A DNA stretch of 64,000 nt from a bacterium (GCA_965202625.1 CBDBBI010000010.1:1824001-1888000), one strand, 5' to 3'. Positions 1-10,998 are shown, counted from the stretch's first letter. Numbers and translations are program-made. The notes: generated from the sequence alone by a model not told the origin.

Positions 1-603
1 GCCCACGCGCTGAACATTGAAAACCGCATCCTTCAATGGAACCTGCTCGGGCAGCTTTCCTCTTGCAGCCTGCGTGCTCACCTCAAATGCGGGGACCACG
101 ATCACCCATCGGTAGCGCGACACCACGGGCATTCGCGCGTAGATGGCCTTTCCACCCGAGGTGGTCGCCGAAACGCAGCCCCCTCCCATCAGCGCGGGCA
201 CCACATTGTCGGGGTGCCCCTCCATTTCTACGGCGATTTGAACAAGCTCATCCATGCAAAGGGGGCCACCGAGCAGGATGTTCGCCCCCACGATTCCGCC
301 TACTATGGCGGCCGAACTGCTCCCTAGTCCCCGCGCGAGCGGTATGTGGTTGCGCTGCTTCATCCACAAGCCGGTGAAGGGCTTTTTCACCCGCTCATAC
401 ACTCGCTTCACGGCCTGAACGCAAACGTTCGACTCATCTTTGGGGATGACGTCCCGACCCTCTCCTTCCACTTGAAGCACCACGCCCCAAGGGAGACTGT
501 CCAGCTCCACACGATTGTAGATCCGCAAAGCGACGCCCAAGGCATCAAAACCCGGGCCCAAATTCGTCGTGCTCGCCGGAACCTGTACGCGCACCAAGGC
601 CAA
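1..603 (-). CDS. thrB: Homoserine kinase (3' end outside window)
   Basis: Not in the ORF track because it runs off the window edge. Manual minus-strand translation from TTG at 603 (GAGGA RBS upstream) gives LVRVQVPASTTNLGPGFDALGVAL...NHIPLARGLGSSSAAIVGG...EGHPDNV, the GHMP/ThrB signature motifs. Confidence 0.93.
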   Translation of the reverse strand, partial: MALVRVQVPASTTNLGPGFDALGVALRIYNRVELDSLPWGVVLQVEGEGRDVIPKDESNVCVQAVKRVYERVKKPFTGLWMKQRNHIPLARGLGSSSAAIVGGIVGANILLGGPLCMDELVQIAVEMEGHPDNVVPALMGGGCVSATTSGGKAIYARMPVVSRYRWVIVVPAFEVSTQAARGKLPEQVPLKDAVFNVQRVG

Positions 604-624
604 AACGGCTTCCTCAAAAAAACG

Positions 625-1206
625 CTAATGAGACCGGACGTCTTCCGATAGGGCGAAAGCGCAACCCGTTTTTCTCATTTCCTCAATGGCGTTTTCCCCA
701 TCTTGCGGGTGGAGGTTCACCGCTTTGATGGCGTCTTCCATCAAGACCACGTCAAACCCCTCACGTTTGCCGTCAAGCACCGTGGCGCGCACGCAATAAT
801 CCGTCGCTAGACCACAAACGAAAAGCCGCCGGATTCCCCTACCTCGCAAATCATCGGCAAGCGAAGTTCCATCAAACCCGGAATACGCCTCGGCGTCTCT
901 GGCGGTGGCCTTGGACACGACCAAGTCCACTCTAGCGGCGGGCATTCGTGGATGAAAAGCCGCACCCGAGGTTTCGGCCACGCAATGAACGGGCCAAATT
1001 CCACCTCGTGTTTGAAACGATACGTGATCCGGAGGGTGCCAATCCCGAGTCGCCACCTTCCAGCAGAGCGGCGTCTCCAAAAGCCTGTTCACCGGCGAGA
1101 CGACCGCATCACCGCCGGGGACGGCGAGCGCGCCACCTGGGCAAAAATCCACTTGCAGATCGACGATGAGGAGAGCATCTTCCGCACTTGGCGAATATTT
1201 CGGCAT
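625..1206 (-). CDS. pncA: Nicotinamidase/pyrazinamidase (isochorismatase family)
   Basis: Motifs DLQVDFCPGGAL, TRDWHP, WPVHCV, YSGF and GLATDYCV. Confidence 0.92.
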   Translation of the reverse strand: MPKYSPSAEDALLIVDLQVDFCPGGALAVPGGDAVVSPVNRLLETPLCWKVATRDWHPPDHVSFQTRGGIWPVHCVAETSGAAFHPRMPAARVDLVVSKATARDAEAYSGFDGTSLADDLRGRGIRRLFVCGLATDYCVRATVLDGKREGFDVVLMEDAIKAVNLHPQDGENAIEEMRKTGCAFALSEDVRSH

Positions 1207-1433
1207 GGTTGCGCGATTTCTCCCGCCAGCTCCATATTTAGGTCCAGCGCGAAATGACCTGGTGGAATCTCTCAGCGAGGCCCGCCGGCTTCTTCTCTCT
1301 TTTCAAGCCCTGCGGAACGCGACGCCCCTCTCCATCAAGAACGCATCATTGGGAAAATGCAATTTCTCCTCCGGCATTGTCGCGACGCGTTCATGCTCTC
1401 GCGCCTTGAAACAAAACGGTAAAAACAAAGCCC

Positions 1434-2261
1434 CTATTCTTCCGCTTGCAGCTTCAAATGCCATACTTTTCCATTCAAACCCCGGCGAATGGCAACGCTC
1501 ATGCCCAAGGGATGGGACCGAAAAACATCCTCAAAAAAATCCACCGTCCGAATCTCTTTTCCTTCCGCCTTAAATATAACGTCTCCTCGCCGAAGTCCCG
1601 CCTTCGACGCCGGGGTACCCTCCCGGACCTGAGATACCAAAAGTCCGTCCTCCCCTCTCCCCCCAAAGAAACGCGCCAGAGAGGGCGTCATCCTTTGAAG
1701 AGCGAGCCCCAGCTTTTTCCGATGCGTATGTTCGCGCTCCATCTGGATTCCAGACTTCATCACGATTGACTTGACGTATATCGGAGATTTCACTTTCAAG
1801 GCCAGCGCGATGGCGTCTGACGGCCGGCTGTCAATGAAAAATTTCTTCCCCATCCCCTCCATCTCGATAAAGGCGAAATAGACCCCTCCCCTCAGCTCCG
1901 TGATGACCACCCGGAGGATTCTCACATCCAGGTTCCCGATGATGTTTCGCATCAAGTCGTGCGCCATCGGGCGAGGCGGGGCGACTTTCTTAAGTGCCAT
2001 GAGAATCGCCTGCGCCTCCGCCGCCCCGATCCATATCGGTAGCAAAACACTCCCCTTTTTCTCCTCCAACAGCACGACGGGCTGGCGATTCCTTTGATCG
2101 ACCATAACATCCCTCACCTGCACCAAGCGAAGTTCGGAGGAGGTCGGCTGCGCGTTTGCCGGGTGCGCAAGAATGCTGAAAACAGCGGAAACGAGAAAAA
2201 AGGCATAGGATGACAACTTTTTGCGCGGCATACCCTTAGGACTCCTGATCGCCTCGCCCAC
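1434..2261 (-). CDS. Bifunctional nuclease (DUF151/BFN) domain fused to C-terminal PDZ, with N-terminal signal peptide
   Basis: LPIWIGAAEAQAI, PRPMAHDL and IDSRPSDAIALAL (DUF151); GLLVSQVREGTPASKAGLRRGDVI (PDZ); hydrophobic N-terminus ending PANA. Confidence 0.85.
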   Translation of the reverse strand: MGEAIRSPKGMPRKKLSSYAFFLVSAVFSILAHPANAQPTSSELRLVQVRDVMVDQRNRQPVVLLEEKKGSVLLPIWIGAAEAQAILMALKKVAPPRPMAHDLMRNIIGNLDVRILRVVITELRGGVYFAFIEMEGMGKKFFIDSRPSDAIALALKVKSPIYVKSIVMKSGIQMEREHTHRKKLGLALQRMTPSLARFFGGRGEDGLLVSQVREGTPASKAGLRRGDVIFKAEGKEIRTVDFFEDVFRSHPLGMSVAIRRGLNGKVWHLKLQAEE

Positions 2262-2285
2262 GTCCGTGAAGCGGAAGCGTTCGTT

Positions 2286-2747
2286 CTAGCGCGCGGATTC
2301 TATCGGGAGTCGAAACGCGCACTCCGGAATAGACGTATCCACCCTCTGCCCCGATTTTTCTTCTACCTTGATCTCAAAAATTCCATCGCAGTTGGCATCA
2401 AGAAGCGTCATGTCGTATGGATATCTGCCATCCGCATCCACGTTGATCGCGAAAACGAGATCGTTGATAGAGAACGTCTCAAACTGAAAACCCCACTCAT
2501 CAAGATATTGCTTGATCAGGGTTTCCTCTCCCGGAATGCGTCTGGTCAGGTCCCGCCTAACCCATCCCAGAAAACGAGAGCGTCGAAGCTCAGGCGTGTC
2601 GAAGCCCTCGGGCCTTTTCTCCACAGGGCCGCCCTCCGACTTCACGGTAGACCCGAATCCGTTTCCAGAGCCAAGGAGTGCCGCCGCCAGAAAGACGCAA
2701 ACGCATATTCGAGAAAACCTCATGCTCACCAAAAACTCCCCCAGCAT
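2286..2747 (-). CDS. Hypothetical exported protein
   Basis: Signal-peptide-like N-terminus; co-oriented with neighbours; acidic DADG/DANCDG motifs. Confidence 0.6.
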   Translation of the reverse strand: MLGEFLVSMRFSRICVCVFLAAALLGSGNGFGSTVKSEGGPVEKRPEGFDTPELRRSRFLGWVRRDLTRRIPGEETLIKQYLDEWGFQFETFSINDLVFAINVDADGRYPYDMTLLDANCDGIFEIKVEEKSGQRVDTSIPECAFRLPIESAR

Positions 2748-2983
2748 AATGTAAAATCAGCCGAACCGGAACCCATAGAGATTAGCATCCGCATACGTCG
2801 CGTTCAAGATACATATTTTCAGATCTCCAACAACGCGCGAAAGGTCGCGATTCTCCCGATGCGTTTTGATATTTGGGGGAAGCGGTCTATTCTTCACTCC
2901 ATCATCCCTTCACGGAACCCGGCGGGGCCGTCAGGCACGCGCCGGGAGGCGAGCATCGCGACAATTCGCAAGGAGGCGACTTC

Positions 2984-3337
2984 ATGACAACAGCGCAAAG
3001 AAAGGCACGGCTCATCCGACCGGAGGAGCGCGCATCCGAGGGCATGATCGGCGGCGCGAGCCACAGGGCCATCGTGTCGAAGGCGGACGATGGGGTTGAC
3101 CTCACCGTCTACTACTCGCGGATACAGCCGGGACAAACGCACGATTGGCATCATCACGAGGAGGACGAGGTCATATTCTGCGTGAGCGGAACGGGGAGAT
3201 ATGATCTCGATGACGGGACGATCAACTATGGCCCTAGGCAATTCATCTTCATGCCCAAGGGAACGCGCCACTGCAACAACTGCGTGGGCGAGGAAGACGT
3301 GATGCTCGTGGCCATCTTCCAGCCGGGCCGCGCATAA
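2984..3337 (+). CDS. Cupin domain protein
   Basis: AGGAGG RBS before ATG 2984; HDWHHHEEDEVIFCVSGTG...MPKGTRH cupin motifs. Confidence 0.88.
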   Translation: MTTAQRKARLIRPEERASEGMIGGASHRAIVSKADDGVDLTVYYSRIQPGQTHDWHHHEEDEVIFCVSGTGRYDLDDGTINYGPRQFIFMPKGTRHCNNCVGEEDVMLVAIFQPGRA

Positions 3338-3381
3338 AAACCACTTCCTCTCAAGCGGCGAAAGCAGGTTAAGGGGAAAGG

Positions 3382-4190
3382 ATGTTCACGAGGGCAAAGA
3401 TGGACCCCATGCGAAAGATCATCGCGTATTACGCGACGCTTCGGTATGGGGACTTGCCCGCAGAAACTGTTCAGACCGCCAGAGCTCTCATCATCGATTC
3501 TCTCGCGTGTGCCCCCCTAGCCGGCGCATCCTCGCCCCCCTGAACCCCGAGCTCGTCGAGCGTCACGCACGCTGGGGAGGCGCACCCGAGGCTACGGTCC
3601 TGGTATTCGGCCATCAGACATTACCCAGAACCACATTCTCGTCGCGATTTTGCCCGCCCTCCTCGCAGCCGGCGAGAGTCGCGGGCGAGCGATGCCAGGG
3701 CAGGAAGTCATCACGGCTCTGGTGGGCGCCGCGGGGCATCACCCTCAGGCTGAACTCCGTTGTCCACGAAACCATTCATCCAGGCTGGCTACCCACCCAT
3801 GGTGTTCGGTTCCGTCTCGGCCGGCATGGCCGCCGCGCGCGCTCTGGGGCTCGATGCGGCGGGGTTCGGCTACGTCCAATCACACGGAAACCGACAGGCA
3901 CTGCTCGACGGCGCAATCGCCAAGCGCTTACAACCCGCCTTCAGCACGCGGGCGGCCGCCCACGCGGCGGCTTTGGCGTAAACTGGCGCCGCCGGCCCCA
4001 AACGCATCCTTGCGGGAGCGAACGACATCATCGCGTTTTACGGCGGCGCAGGGGATGCGGGCGCACTCAAGAAAGGGCTGGGCGAGGAATTCCACGTCGC
4101 CTGAATCAGCATAAAGCCCTACCCGAGCTGCCGGGCTACCCATACCCATCCGCACGTCAGCGCGGCTCTCGAAGCACGCGAGCAACTCCC
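3382..4190 (+). pseudogene. MmgE/PrpD family protein, frameshifted and 3'-truncated
   Basis: Fragments in different frames: LRYGDLPAETVQTARALIIDSLAC; PALLAAGE..GQEVITALV; VFGSVSAGMAAARALGLD; AIAKRLQPAF; IKPYPSCRATH. Confidence 0.8.
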
Positions 4191-4368
4191 GCCATTCCTT
4201 GACGAGTGCGCGCAGTGGATCGACGAGCCTGTTCGGTGAGGGACGCCGGTAGGTCTTGATCTCCGCCGGATGCCCCTCCGCCGCGCGGACCCGGTGCTTG
4301 TCCGGCTCCTCCCAGGGGGCGAAAAGGGGCGCCGCAGCGGCAGGGTTGACGACCGGCGTTGGGTTCAT
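4186..4368 (-). pseudogene. Type III restriction (Res) subunit, N-terminal ~61 aa only
   Basis: Overlaps the mod stop codon (ATGA); PLFAPWEEP..RRPS..LVDPLRALVKEWRE resembles Res N-termini; no helicase motifs follow. Confidence 0.65.
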
Positions 4369-6336
4369 ACCTGCACCTCGAGAGTGATGCTGGTATCGCA
4401 GCCGAACACGTCCACCACTTTAATGCAGGCGGTGTGCCTGCCTGCGCTCTCGTAGGAGAAGTGCGCGTCGCTCACCGTCTTGAGGCTTCTGTCCTTTCGC
4501 GTGCGGTAGTCCTGCCAGTGGTGGTGGAAGGGCTGGCCCGGCGCCCAATCGAAATCAACCGCCCAGAAGTCGATGAAGTCAAACCCGTTTTCAACCGCCC
4601 GCTCCTCGAGCGCCTCCAGTTCTTTGGCGGGAACCTCCGTCAGAGAGGGAATGAAGCGGGTGAGCTTCACGTCGATCGTCTCGTCTTTCCGGATAACCTG
4701 CTCGGCGGTGAGTGCCGCCATCTCGTAAAACGGCGGAATTTCCACCCGGTTCTTTTCCATGATCTCTCTGGGAATGCGGCGCAGGCGCATTTTGAGGTCG
4801 AGCTCCGCCTCTATGGCGGCGACGGATTGATGGACGTCCATCTCGAAATCCCATGCCAGGCAGTTCACCTCGCACCCGCCCGCCGCCTTGGCGGCTTTGG
4901 CGACTTCCGCCGCCTCCTCCCTCGTGAAAATGCCGTCAATGCCGTCCACGTGAACGAAGGCGCCGCCTTTTCGCCCATGTATGAGCGGAGAGGGCGCGTC
5001 GTTCAGAATTTCCGCGCGGAAGAATTGAAGGACGAGGGCGCGGTGCTCCCCATCCGCCCCGTTCAGGGTCTCGCGCTGCCACCACTGCCGCTCGTAGCGG
5101 CCGAGGTTATACACGTCGAAGGAGCGATAGGGCCTGTCCTCCCTATACACCTCCCGCTGAATCCCTATCATGCGCTTGCGCGTCGTGTGAACGGCGAAGC
5201 GCCCGAAATCCGCGCATATCCACCGGCGGCCCAGCTTCTCCGCAACCGCCGCCGTCGTGCCCGAACCGCAAAAGAAATCCGCCACCAGATCCCCCTCGTT
5301 CGAGGACGCATTGATGATGCGTTCAAGAAGGGCTTCCGGCTTTTGGGTCGGGTAGCCGAGGCGTTGCGGATCGCGTTGTTGTATATGACTTATGTCTGTC
5401 CAGACATCGGCTGGTGTGATCTTCTCATCATCATAATACTTGTAAATTTTTCCTGCTGATTTGATACTCCAGTTTTCAATCCAGCGGAGAGCCGTCTGGC
5501 ATCTCGGTAGCCCCCCGATGGCGCTTTTTCACCATATCCTAAATCATAGACGTAGCCTCCACCTCCAGGGTTATCTATTGGCCCACTTCGGTATCGTCCC
5601 TTTTCGTCAGAATCCAACGATACAGTTTTTGACTTGCGTCACTGTATTCTTGAAACACATCGTTCCACCGTAGTCCGCCTTTGCGGTAGAAGAAAAGTTT
5701 TTCTTGGCGTCCACCGCTTTGATAATGCCAAATAATCTCATTTCTAAAATTTTCCTTGCCAAAAACTTCATCCAAAACGTTTCGCAAATAACCACTCACC
5801 CGCCAGTCGCAATGCACATAGATGCTTCCGTCCTCGGCGAGCAGTTCCCGCATGAGAGCCAGACGCTCGGACATCATGGCGAGGTAGGAGTCCGTCCCCT
5901 TTCCCCACGTGTCCCGATATGCCACGAACTCCAGCAGGGATTGCTCCTTGGCGACCGCCTCCCTCCCCTCTCCTATCCCCGCCTGAAAGGTGAAGTCCGC
6001 GCCCACGTCGAAGGGCGGGTCGATGTAGATGAGGCGTATCTTCCCCCGAAACTCCTCCAGCAGGGAGGCCATCACCAGCCTGTTGTCCCCCCAGATGAGG
6101 CGGTTTCTGAAACCATCCCGATGGGCACTCCCCGCATCGAACAACTCCCCCTGGGCCGCCGCGCGCGAGCGGGGCTCGTCTATCGTCTCTATCTTCTGAA
6201 ACGGCATGGCGCGGCCGGCGACGTCCGCCTCCCGACGGTTGCCGAACTCGTCGTATTTCCCCTCCCAGACGAGCTCCGTCTTCATCCGGAAGAGCGGATG
6301 CGGATTGTGCGGGCCAAAAGCGGGCTTGTCGCTCAT
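4365..6336 (-). pseudogene. mod: Type III R-M methyltransferase (Mod), frameshifted within the target-recognition domain
   Basis: IYIDPPF motif IV in the 5575-6336 piece; YPTQKPEALLERII and ADFFCGSGTT motif I in the 3' piece; two frame changes near 5615 and 5500. Confidence 0.85.
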
Positions 6337-6569
6337 GGAAAACGAATCTCGCTTGCGGAATCATTCAGGGGATACACCAGCAGAGGATAGCACGACGCGC
6401 ATTTCGGCGGAAACGGTGTAACCGGACAAAAATCATTGCGCATGGCCTGGAAAAATAGCGGATTTTCCGGAGCGTAAAACGCCCGGAAAAAGAACGTTGA
6501 AAAAACCTCTCAAAGCAGGTCGTCGAGCGTGATGGCCGCGAGGGCGTCCGGTGGTCTCAGAGGATACCA

Positions 6570-6960
6570 TGCTCGGATATTCCCAACCCAGATCGGCATC
6601 ATCAGCATTGGGAGCACCATGCGCCTTCCCGCGACGATTCCCAGACTCGCCAGATGGTATATGCTCTCCGGCGAACTGATAAACGCGCAAGAGGCGTATC
6701 GCTTGGGTCTCGTGATGAAATGAGCCAAAAACGGCGCGCTTCTCGACGCGGCGGCTACGATGACCAACCATATCATCAAGTGCTCGCCGATGTCGGTCCA
6801 ACACACAAGAAGGAGATTGCCGTCGCCGCCAACGTATCCATGTACGAGGGTTATCAGCTCTGTCGGCCTATCAGGAACCGCTTCTATCAAACACCGGACT
6901 ATCAGGAAGGAAAAAACACGTTCATGGAAAAACGAAAGCCCAAGTGGAAAACTGCTGAGC
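6570..6960 (+). pseudogene. Enoyl-CoA hydratase/isomerase C-terminal remnant
   Basis: MLSGELINAQEAYRLGLV, then a stop, then TPDYQEGKNTFMEKRKPKWK in another frame; N-terminus absent. Confidence 0.75.
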
Positions 6961-7025
6961 CACTCCGCTCAACGAGCGGGGGCGAGCGTTTCTCCTTGCA
7001 CCCAGAGCCGGGGGGATAGTCTGGC

Positions 7026-8276
7026 TTGAAGGACGAGGCGCATCAACCACCCTTGCGTCAGAGAACGCGCATGGTCTCTTCCATACCTCAGGATGGCGTC
7101 GGCTTTCGAGAGGGCTGGCCGATCATCCTCGCGTGCTTTTTCACCATATTCACGGCCTATGGTACCGCCTTCATCTTGGGGCCCATGCTCGACGTAATGG
7201 GCCGCGAGCTGAACCTCTCGATCACGGTCATGGGGCAGCTGGCGGCCATCGCCTTCATCCCCTGGGGACTGGGGGCCCCCCTGCTGGGGCCCATCTCGGA
7301 TCGCTACGGCAGGAAACAAATCATCCTCATCGGGGTGTTGGGCCTCTCCCTGTCCAACATCGCCACCTCGTTCGCCACTGATTATCTCACGACGGCCGCT
7401 TGCCGCATCACCGCGGGATTAAGCGGGGCTTTGGTTCCGCCCACGGCGGTGGCGACGATCGGGGACAGATTCACGGGCCGCCGCCGTGGGCTCGCACTTG
7501 GACTCGCCACCTCAGGCGTGGCAGTGAGCCTGCTCGTCGGAATTCCGGGCATAGCTTTTCTTACGGATCACCTCGGATGGCGAAGCGCACTTCGGATAGC
7601 GGGCACATTCGGCTTGATCCTCAGCCTTTATAGTTTCAAAACACTCCCCTCCCGAAGGCAGAACACTCCGTCGGGCTCCTACCTAGCCAGCTTCGCCTGG
7701 ATGCGCCAGCGGGTCTCATGGCTCTTGATGAGTGGAAACGTCATCGAGCGGTTCATGACTTCCGCCTTTCTCACCTACGTGTCCATTTTCCTGCTACGTC
7801 ACTTCGAAGTTTCCCTCTCTTCGGCGGGGAGCCTGCTCACGACCATGTCCGTCGGCGCGCTCATCGGCGGTCTCCTAGGGGGCGCGCTGGCGGGCGTCAG
7901 AGTCCGCTTCTTCATCATCACCGCCTTGGTTTTCCTACAGGGAGGGCTTCTGGCGGTTCATTTCTCTTGGGCAGCCCATCTTTTCCTCGCCATCACGGCG
8001 GGCTTTATCTTCTCGCTCTGTAGCCAGATCAGCCGACCGGTCGTGATGGACAAACTCATATCGCTCGCACCGCAAGCGCGCGGCGCCATCATCGGTGCCT
8101 ACTCGACGAGCAACCAAATCGGCCTGTTTCTGGGAGCCTCCTTGGGTGGGTTCGCCATACGCTGGGGCAGCTTCGAGGCACTCGGTTGGGTTGCGCTCAC
8201 GGCGGCGGCCCTAGGCGGCGTGTTCTACGGATCGAGCGCTTGGTTGCTTAGAAAAAAACGTCCACGCCCGCTCTAG
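7026..8276 (+). CDS. MFS transporter (DHA1-like)
   Basis: ~12 hydrophobic segments; motif A GPISDRYGRK. Confidence 0.9.
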   Translation: MKDEAHQPPLRQRTRMVSSIPQDGVGFREGWPIILACFFTIFTAYGTAFILGPMLDVMGRELNLSITVMGQLAAIAFIPWGLGAPLLGPISDRYGRKQIILIGVLGLSLSNIATSFATDYLTTAACRITAGLSGALVPPTAVATIGDRFTGRRRGLALGLATSGVAVSLLVGIPGIAFLTDHLGWRSALRIAGTFGLILSLYSFKTLPSRRQNTPSGSYLASFAWMRQRVSWLLMSGNVIERFMTSAFLTYVSIFLLRHFEVSLSSAGSLLTTMSVGALIGGLLGGALAGVRVRFFIITALVFLQGGLLAVHFSWAAHLFLAITAGFIFSLCSQISRPVVMDKLISLAPQARGAIIGAYSTSNQIGLFLGASLGGFAIRWGSFEALGWVALTAAALGGVFYGSSAWLLRKKRPRPL

Positions 8277-8281
8277 CAGGC

Positions 8282-9949
8282 TTACTTCCTCACAGCATCC
8301 TTGCGCCTCGGCTCCGGAAAAACGTCCTGATCGATCAGGACGTCGACGACGACGGGGGCTTCCTCCGAGAGCGCCTGCGCATACACATCTTCAAGGTCTT
8401 CGGGATTCTCCACACGATAGCCCACGGCCCCAAATACGCGAGCGTATTCATCAAAGCGCGGGTTGCCGATGGCATCCGCTATGTAGCGACCATCATAGAA
8501 ATGTTTTTGATAGGCACGCTCAGAACCCAAGTTGAAATTGTTCAAGATGACGCAGACAGTCGGTAGATCCTCCCGCATCGCAGTCTCCAACTCAGCGCCG
8601 TTACACAAGAACGCGCCGTCGCCGCTGATGGTGACAACCTTCTGATGCGGGCGTGCCAGTTTGGCCCCAAGTCCTAGGGGATAGCCCACTCCAATGGCAG
8701 CCAAATCTTGCGGGGCCACCAGATTCCTGGCGCGATCAAACCTTTGGTACTCATAGATATAGCTGGCGGCGCTCCCCGCGTCGTTCGTGATAATGGCGTT
8801 CTCTGGCAGGACCTTGGCGAGCGCCATATGCGCGCGTCTCGGGTCGATCGGCTTTCCGTTATATTCGAAAGCCCGCTTCCGATGCTTCTCCTGAGCGTCC
8901 CGGACCGCCTTAATCTCCCCTCGCCAGGCGGGACGCCTCACGCCCTCGCCCAGCGCCCCGAGCACGGCCCTGATGGCAAGGCCCGCCTCTGCGTTCATCG
9001 CCAATTCCGTCCGAAAATTCCTCCCAATGCTCTTAGGATCCACGGCGGCATGAATGAGCTTTGTGGCCCCGAAAAAATTCGGTCGCAGAAACGTGGTGGA
9101 ATGCGCCAGCCTCGTGCCGACGGCGAAAACGACGTCCGCCGTCTCGAAAAGGACGCGCGCCTCAGGAAGCGTTCCACGTCCGATGGAACCCAAGAACAAA
9201 GGGTGTTGATTCGGCACCAAGTCGTCCCTTCCGGTAGACGTCATGATGGCTGCGTCAAGCGCTTCCGCCAGGGCGAGCAAATCATCGCTCGCCCCATCCC
9301 AGAGAACGCCCCCGCCGCCTAAAAGCAATGGCCGCTCGGCAGACTCCAAAAGCGCCGCGGCTCGGACGACGGCTTCTGGGTCCGGGGCGAGCCTCGCCCG
9401 ATGCGGACGCGCTAGGCCATCTCCTTCTGGATACTCCGCCGTTTCGTTCATCACGTCGCGCGGCAGATCGACATGCACCGGGCCCGGCACTCCCGACAGA
9501 GCCATGTGGAAGGCCTCTCGAATCACGTCGGCCGCGCGCTCGGGCTTTCTCACCTGGACCGACCATTTCACCATCGGGCTGAACATGGCGATCTGGTCGA
9601 GTTCTTGGGTGGAATTGCGAAAAGTGTCCTTCATCATGGGCGCGCCGGTGATGACGAGCACCGGACTTTGCGCCATCATAGAATGCGCGACGCCGGTGAC
9701 GAGGTTTGTGGCGCCAGGCCCGTTTGTCGCCATGCACACGCCCACATGGCCGGTGAGTCGCGCATAGGCGTCGGCCATCAACGCGGCACTTTGCTCATGG
9801 CGCACCGTCAGGAAAGAAATGTCATCACGTCCATACATACCGTCGAGCACTTCGATCATGCACGAGCCCGCCATTCCGATGACGTGTCTTATGCCCAGCT
9901 TCGCCAATGTATCCGCCACCGCGTGACCAGCCGTCATGGTCGTCATCAA
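8282..9949 (-). CDS. ThDP-dependent enzyme, sulfoacetaldehyde acetyltransferase (Xsc)/acetolactate synthase-like
   Basis: RHEQSAALMADAYAR, NGPGATN and the GDGAF..NN ThDP motif. Confidence 0.88.
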   Translation of the reverse strand: MMTTMTAGHAVADTLAKLGIRHVIGMAGSCMIEVLDGMYGRDDISFLTVRHEQSAALMADAYARLTGHVGVCMATNGPGATNLVTGVAHSMMAQSPVLVITGAPMMKDTFRNSTQELDQIAMFSPMVKWSVQVRKPERAADVIREAFHMALSGVPGPVHVDLPRDVMNETAEYPEGDGLARPHRARLAPDPEAVVRAAALLESAERPLLLGGGGVLWDGASDDLLALAEALDAAIMTSTGRDDLVPNQHPLFLGSIGRGTLPEARVLFETADVVFAVGTRLAHSTTFLRPNFFGATKLIHAAVDPKSIGRNFRTELAMNAEAGLAIRAVLGALGEGVRRPAWRGEIKAVRDAQEKHRKRAFEYNGKPIDPRRAHMALAKVLPENAIITNDAGSAASYIYEYQRFDRARNLVAPQDLAAIGVGYPLGLGAKLARPHQKVVTISGDGAFLCNGAELETAMREDLPTVCVILNNFNLGSERAYQKHFYDGRYIADAIGNPRFDEYARVFGAVGYRVENPEDLEDVYAQALSEEAPVVVDVLIDQDVFPEPRRKDAVRK

Positions 9950-10065
9950 TTGATTCTCCTGAGAACCGAAGTGGGCGCACCCTCGTGCGCCATTGCTTCA
10001 TTGAGGAACGTTTTCCGACAACCCAGATTAGGCTTTGCGCGGGCGATTCGTCAAAAGCGTCAAAC

Positions 10066-10530
10066 CTAGCCCACGTTTCCTTTCGCGTGAATGGCGTTGG
10101 CGATCAGGTTCACCTGTGATGACCATCTCGAAACCATGACGGCGATCCAGTTTTCCGCCAGATGGCTGATGACCACCGTGGGCGGAAAACCTTCCCTCTG
10201 GTCTCCAGAAAGGCGATTCTCGCCGTATTCAAGGCGAAGACGACATCCGCGCGGCTGATCAGGCCGGCGCCCGGCCCATAGGCGCGCGTCCTGAGCACGG
10301 CCAGCGTCACGGCGGGAGAGAACTCGATGACTTTGTTCATCCGGACGATCACCCGGAAGCGTTCTCTGATCTGGCCCACCGGCGGCAGATGCCCACCACC
10401 GCGCACGCTTTCCCTGCCGGCGCAAATCATCTCCCTCCCGAAGGAGCGACTCGGTGGGTTCCTCTATCATCTCCAACGTCAGGCGATTCGCCTGCGTCGC
10501 GCGAGCGAGCGTGACGCGACCAAGCGCATC
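10066..10530 (-). pseudogene. Degraded sensor histidine kinase remnant (tentative)
   Basis: Fragments QIRERFRVIVR..VIEFS (HisKA helix 2-like) and QVNLIANAIHA (N-box-like) in different frames. Confidence 0.35.
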
Positions 10531-10998
10531 ATGTCTTTCATAGCAAACGAACGTTTATTTCCACCTCTCCGATATGAAGGTCGCATTCCTCAAAAAACCA
10601 AACATGGTTCGAAATATGTAGATTCAACCAAAGGTTTCGCAAATTATCCTATCCCTAAAATCTACCGAAAAGTAAAAAATACAAATACGGACTTGCAAAA
10701 TAATTCGTAATTTGTTTGTATTGAGAATGTATTTTTTTCGTTAAATATATGTTCTTCAAAGGTCGCCTACCGTCCACCCACCTGCACCCAAAGGAGACCA
10801 TTCACGAATAGCCGAAGAAAAAGAACACCACGGATCGGCCATGGATCGCGCACCATAATGGTCGCGAAAGGCGTTGCCCATCGCCCACCCATGCGTTCGA
10901 TGTGTTCCCCCATGCCGACGCACCCAGAAACGCTGACACTGTGGGTTCCGCATACCCGTTTTCATTCTGCCCAATGACGCTGAAAGGGGAGATATTTC

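Noticed and set aside
36-651. ORF-track + strand ORFs at the window start
   Set aside because: The minus strand encodes ThrB running off the window edge
4359-5459. 366-aa + strand ORF, and similar antisense ORFs at 29697-30731, 46928-47998 and 51537-52712
   Set aside because: They lie opposite well-supported genes and show no family signatures
5390-5790. Phase-variable mod (phasevarion)
   Set aside because: No long simple-sequence repeat tract; two separate lesions plus a deleted res fit decay better
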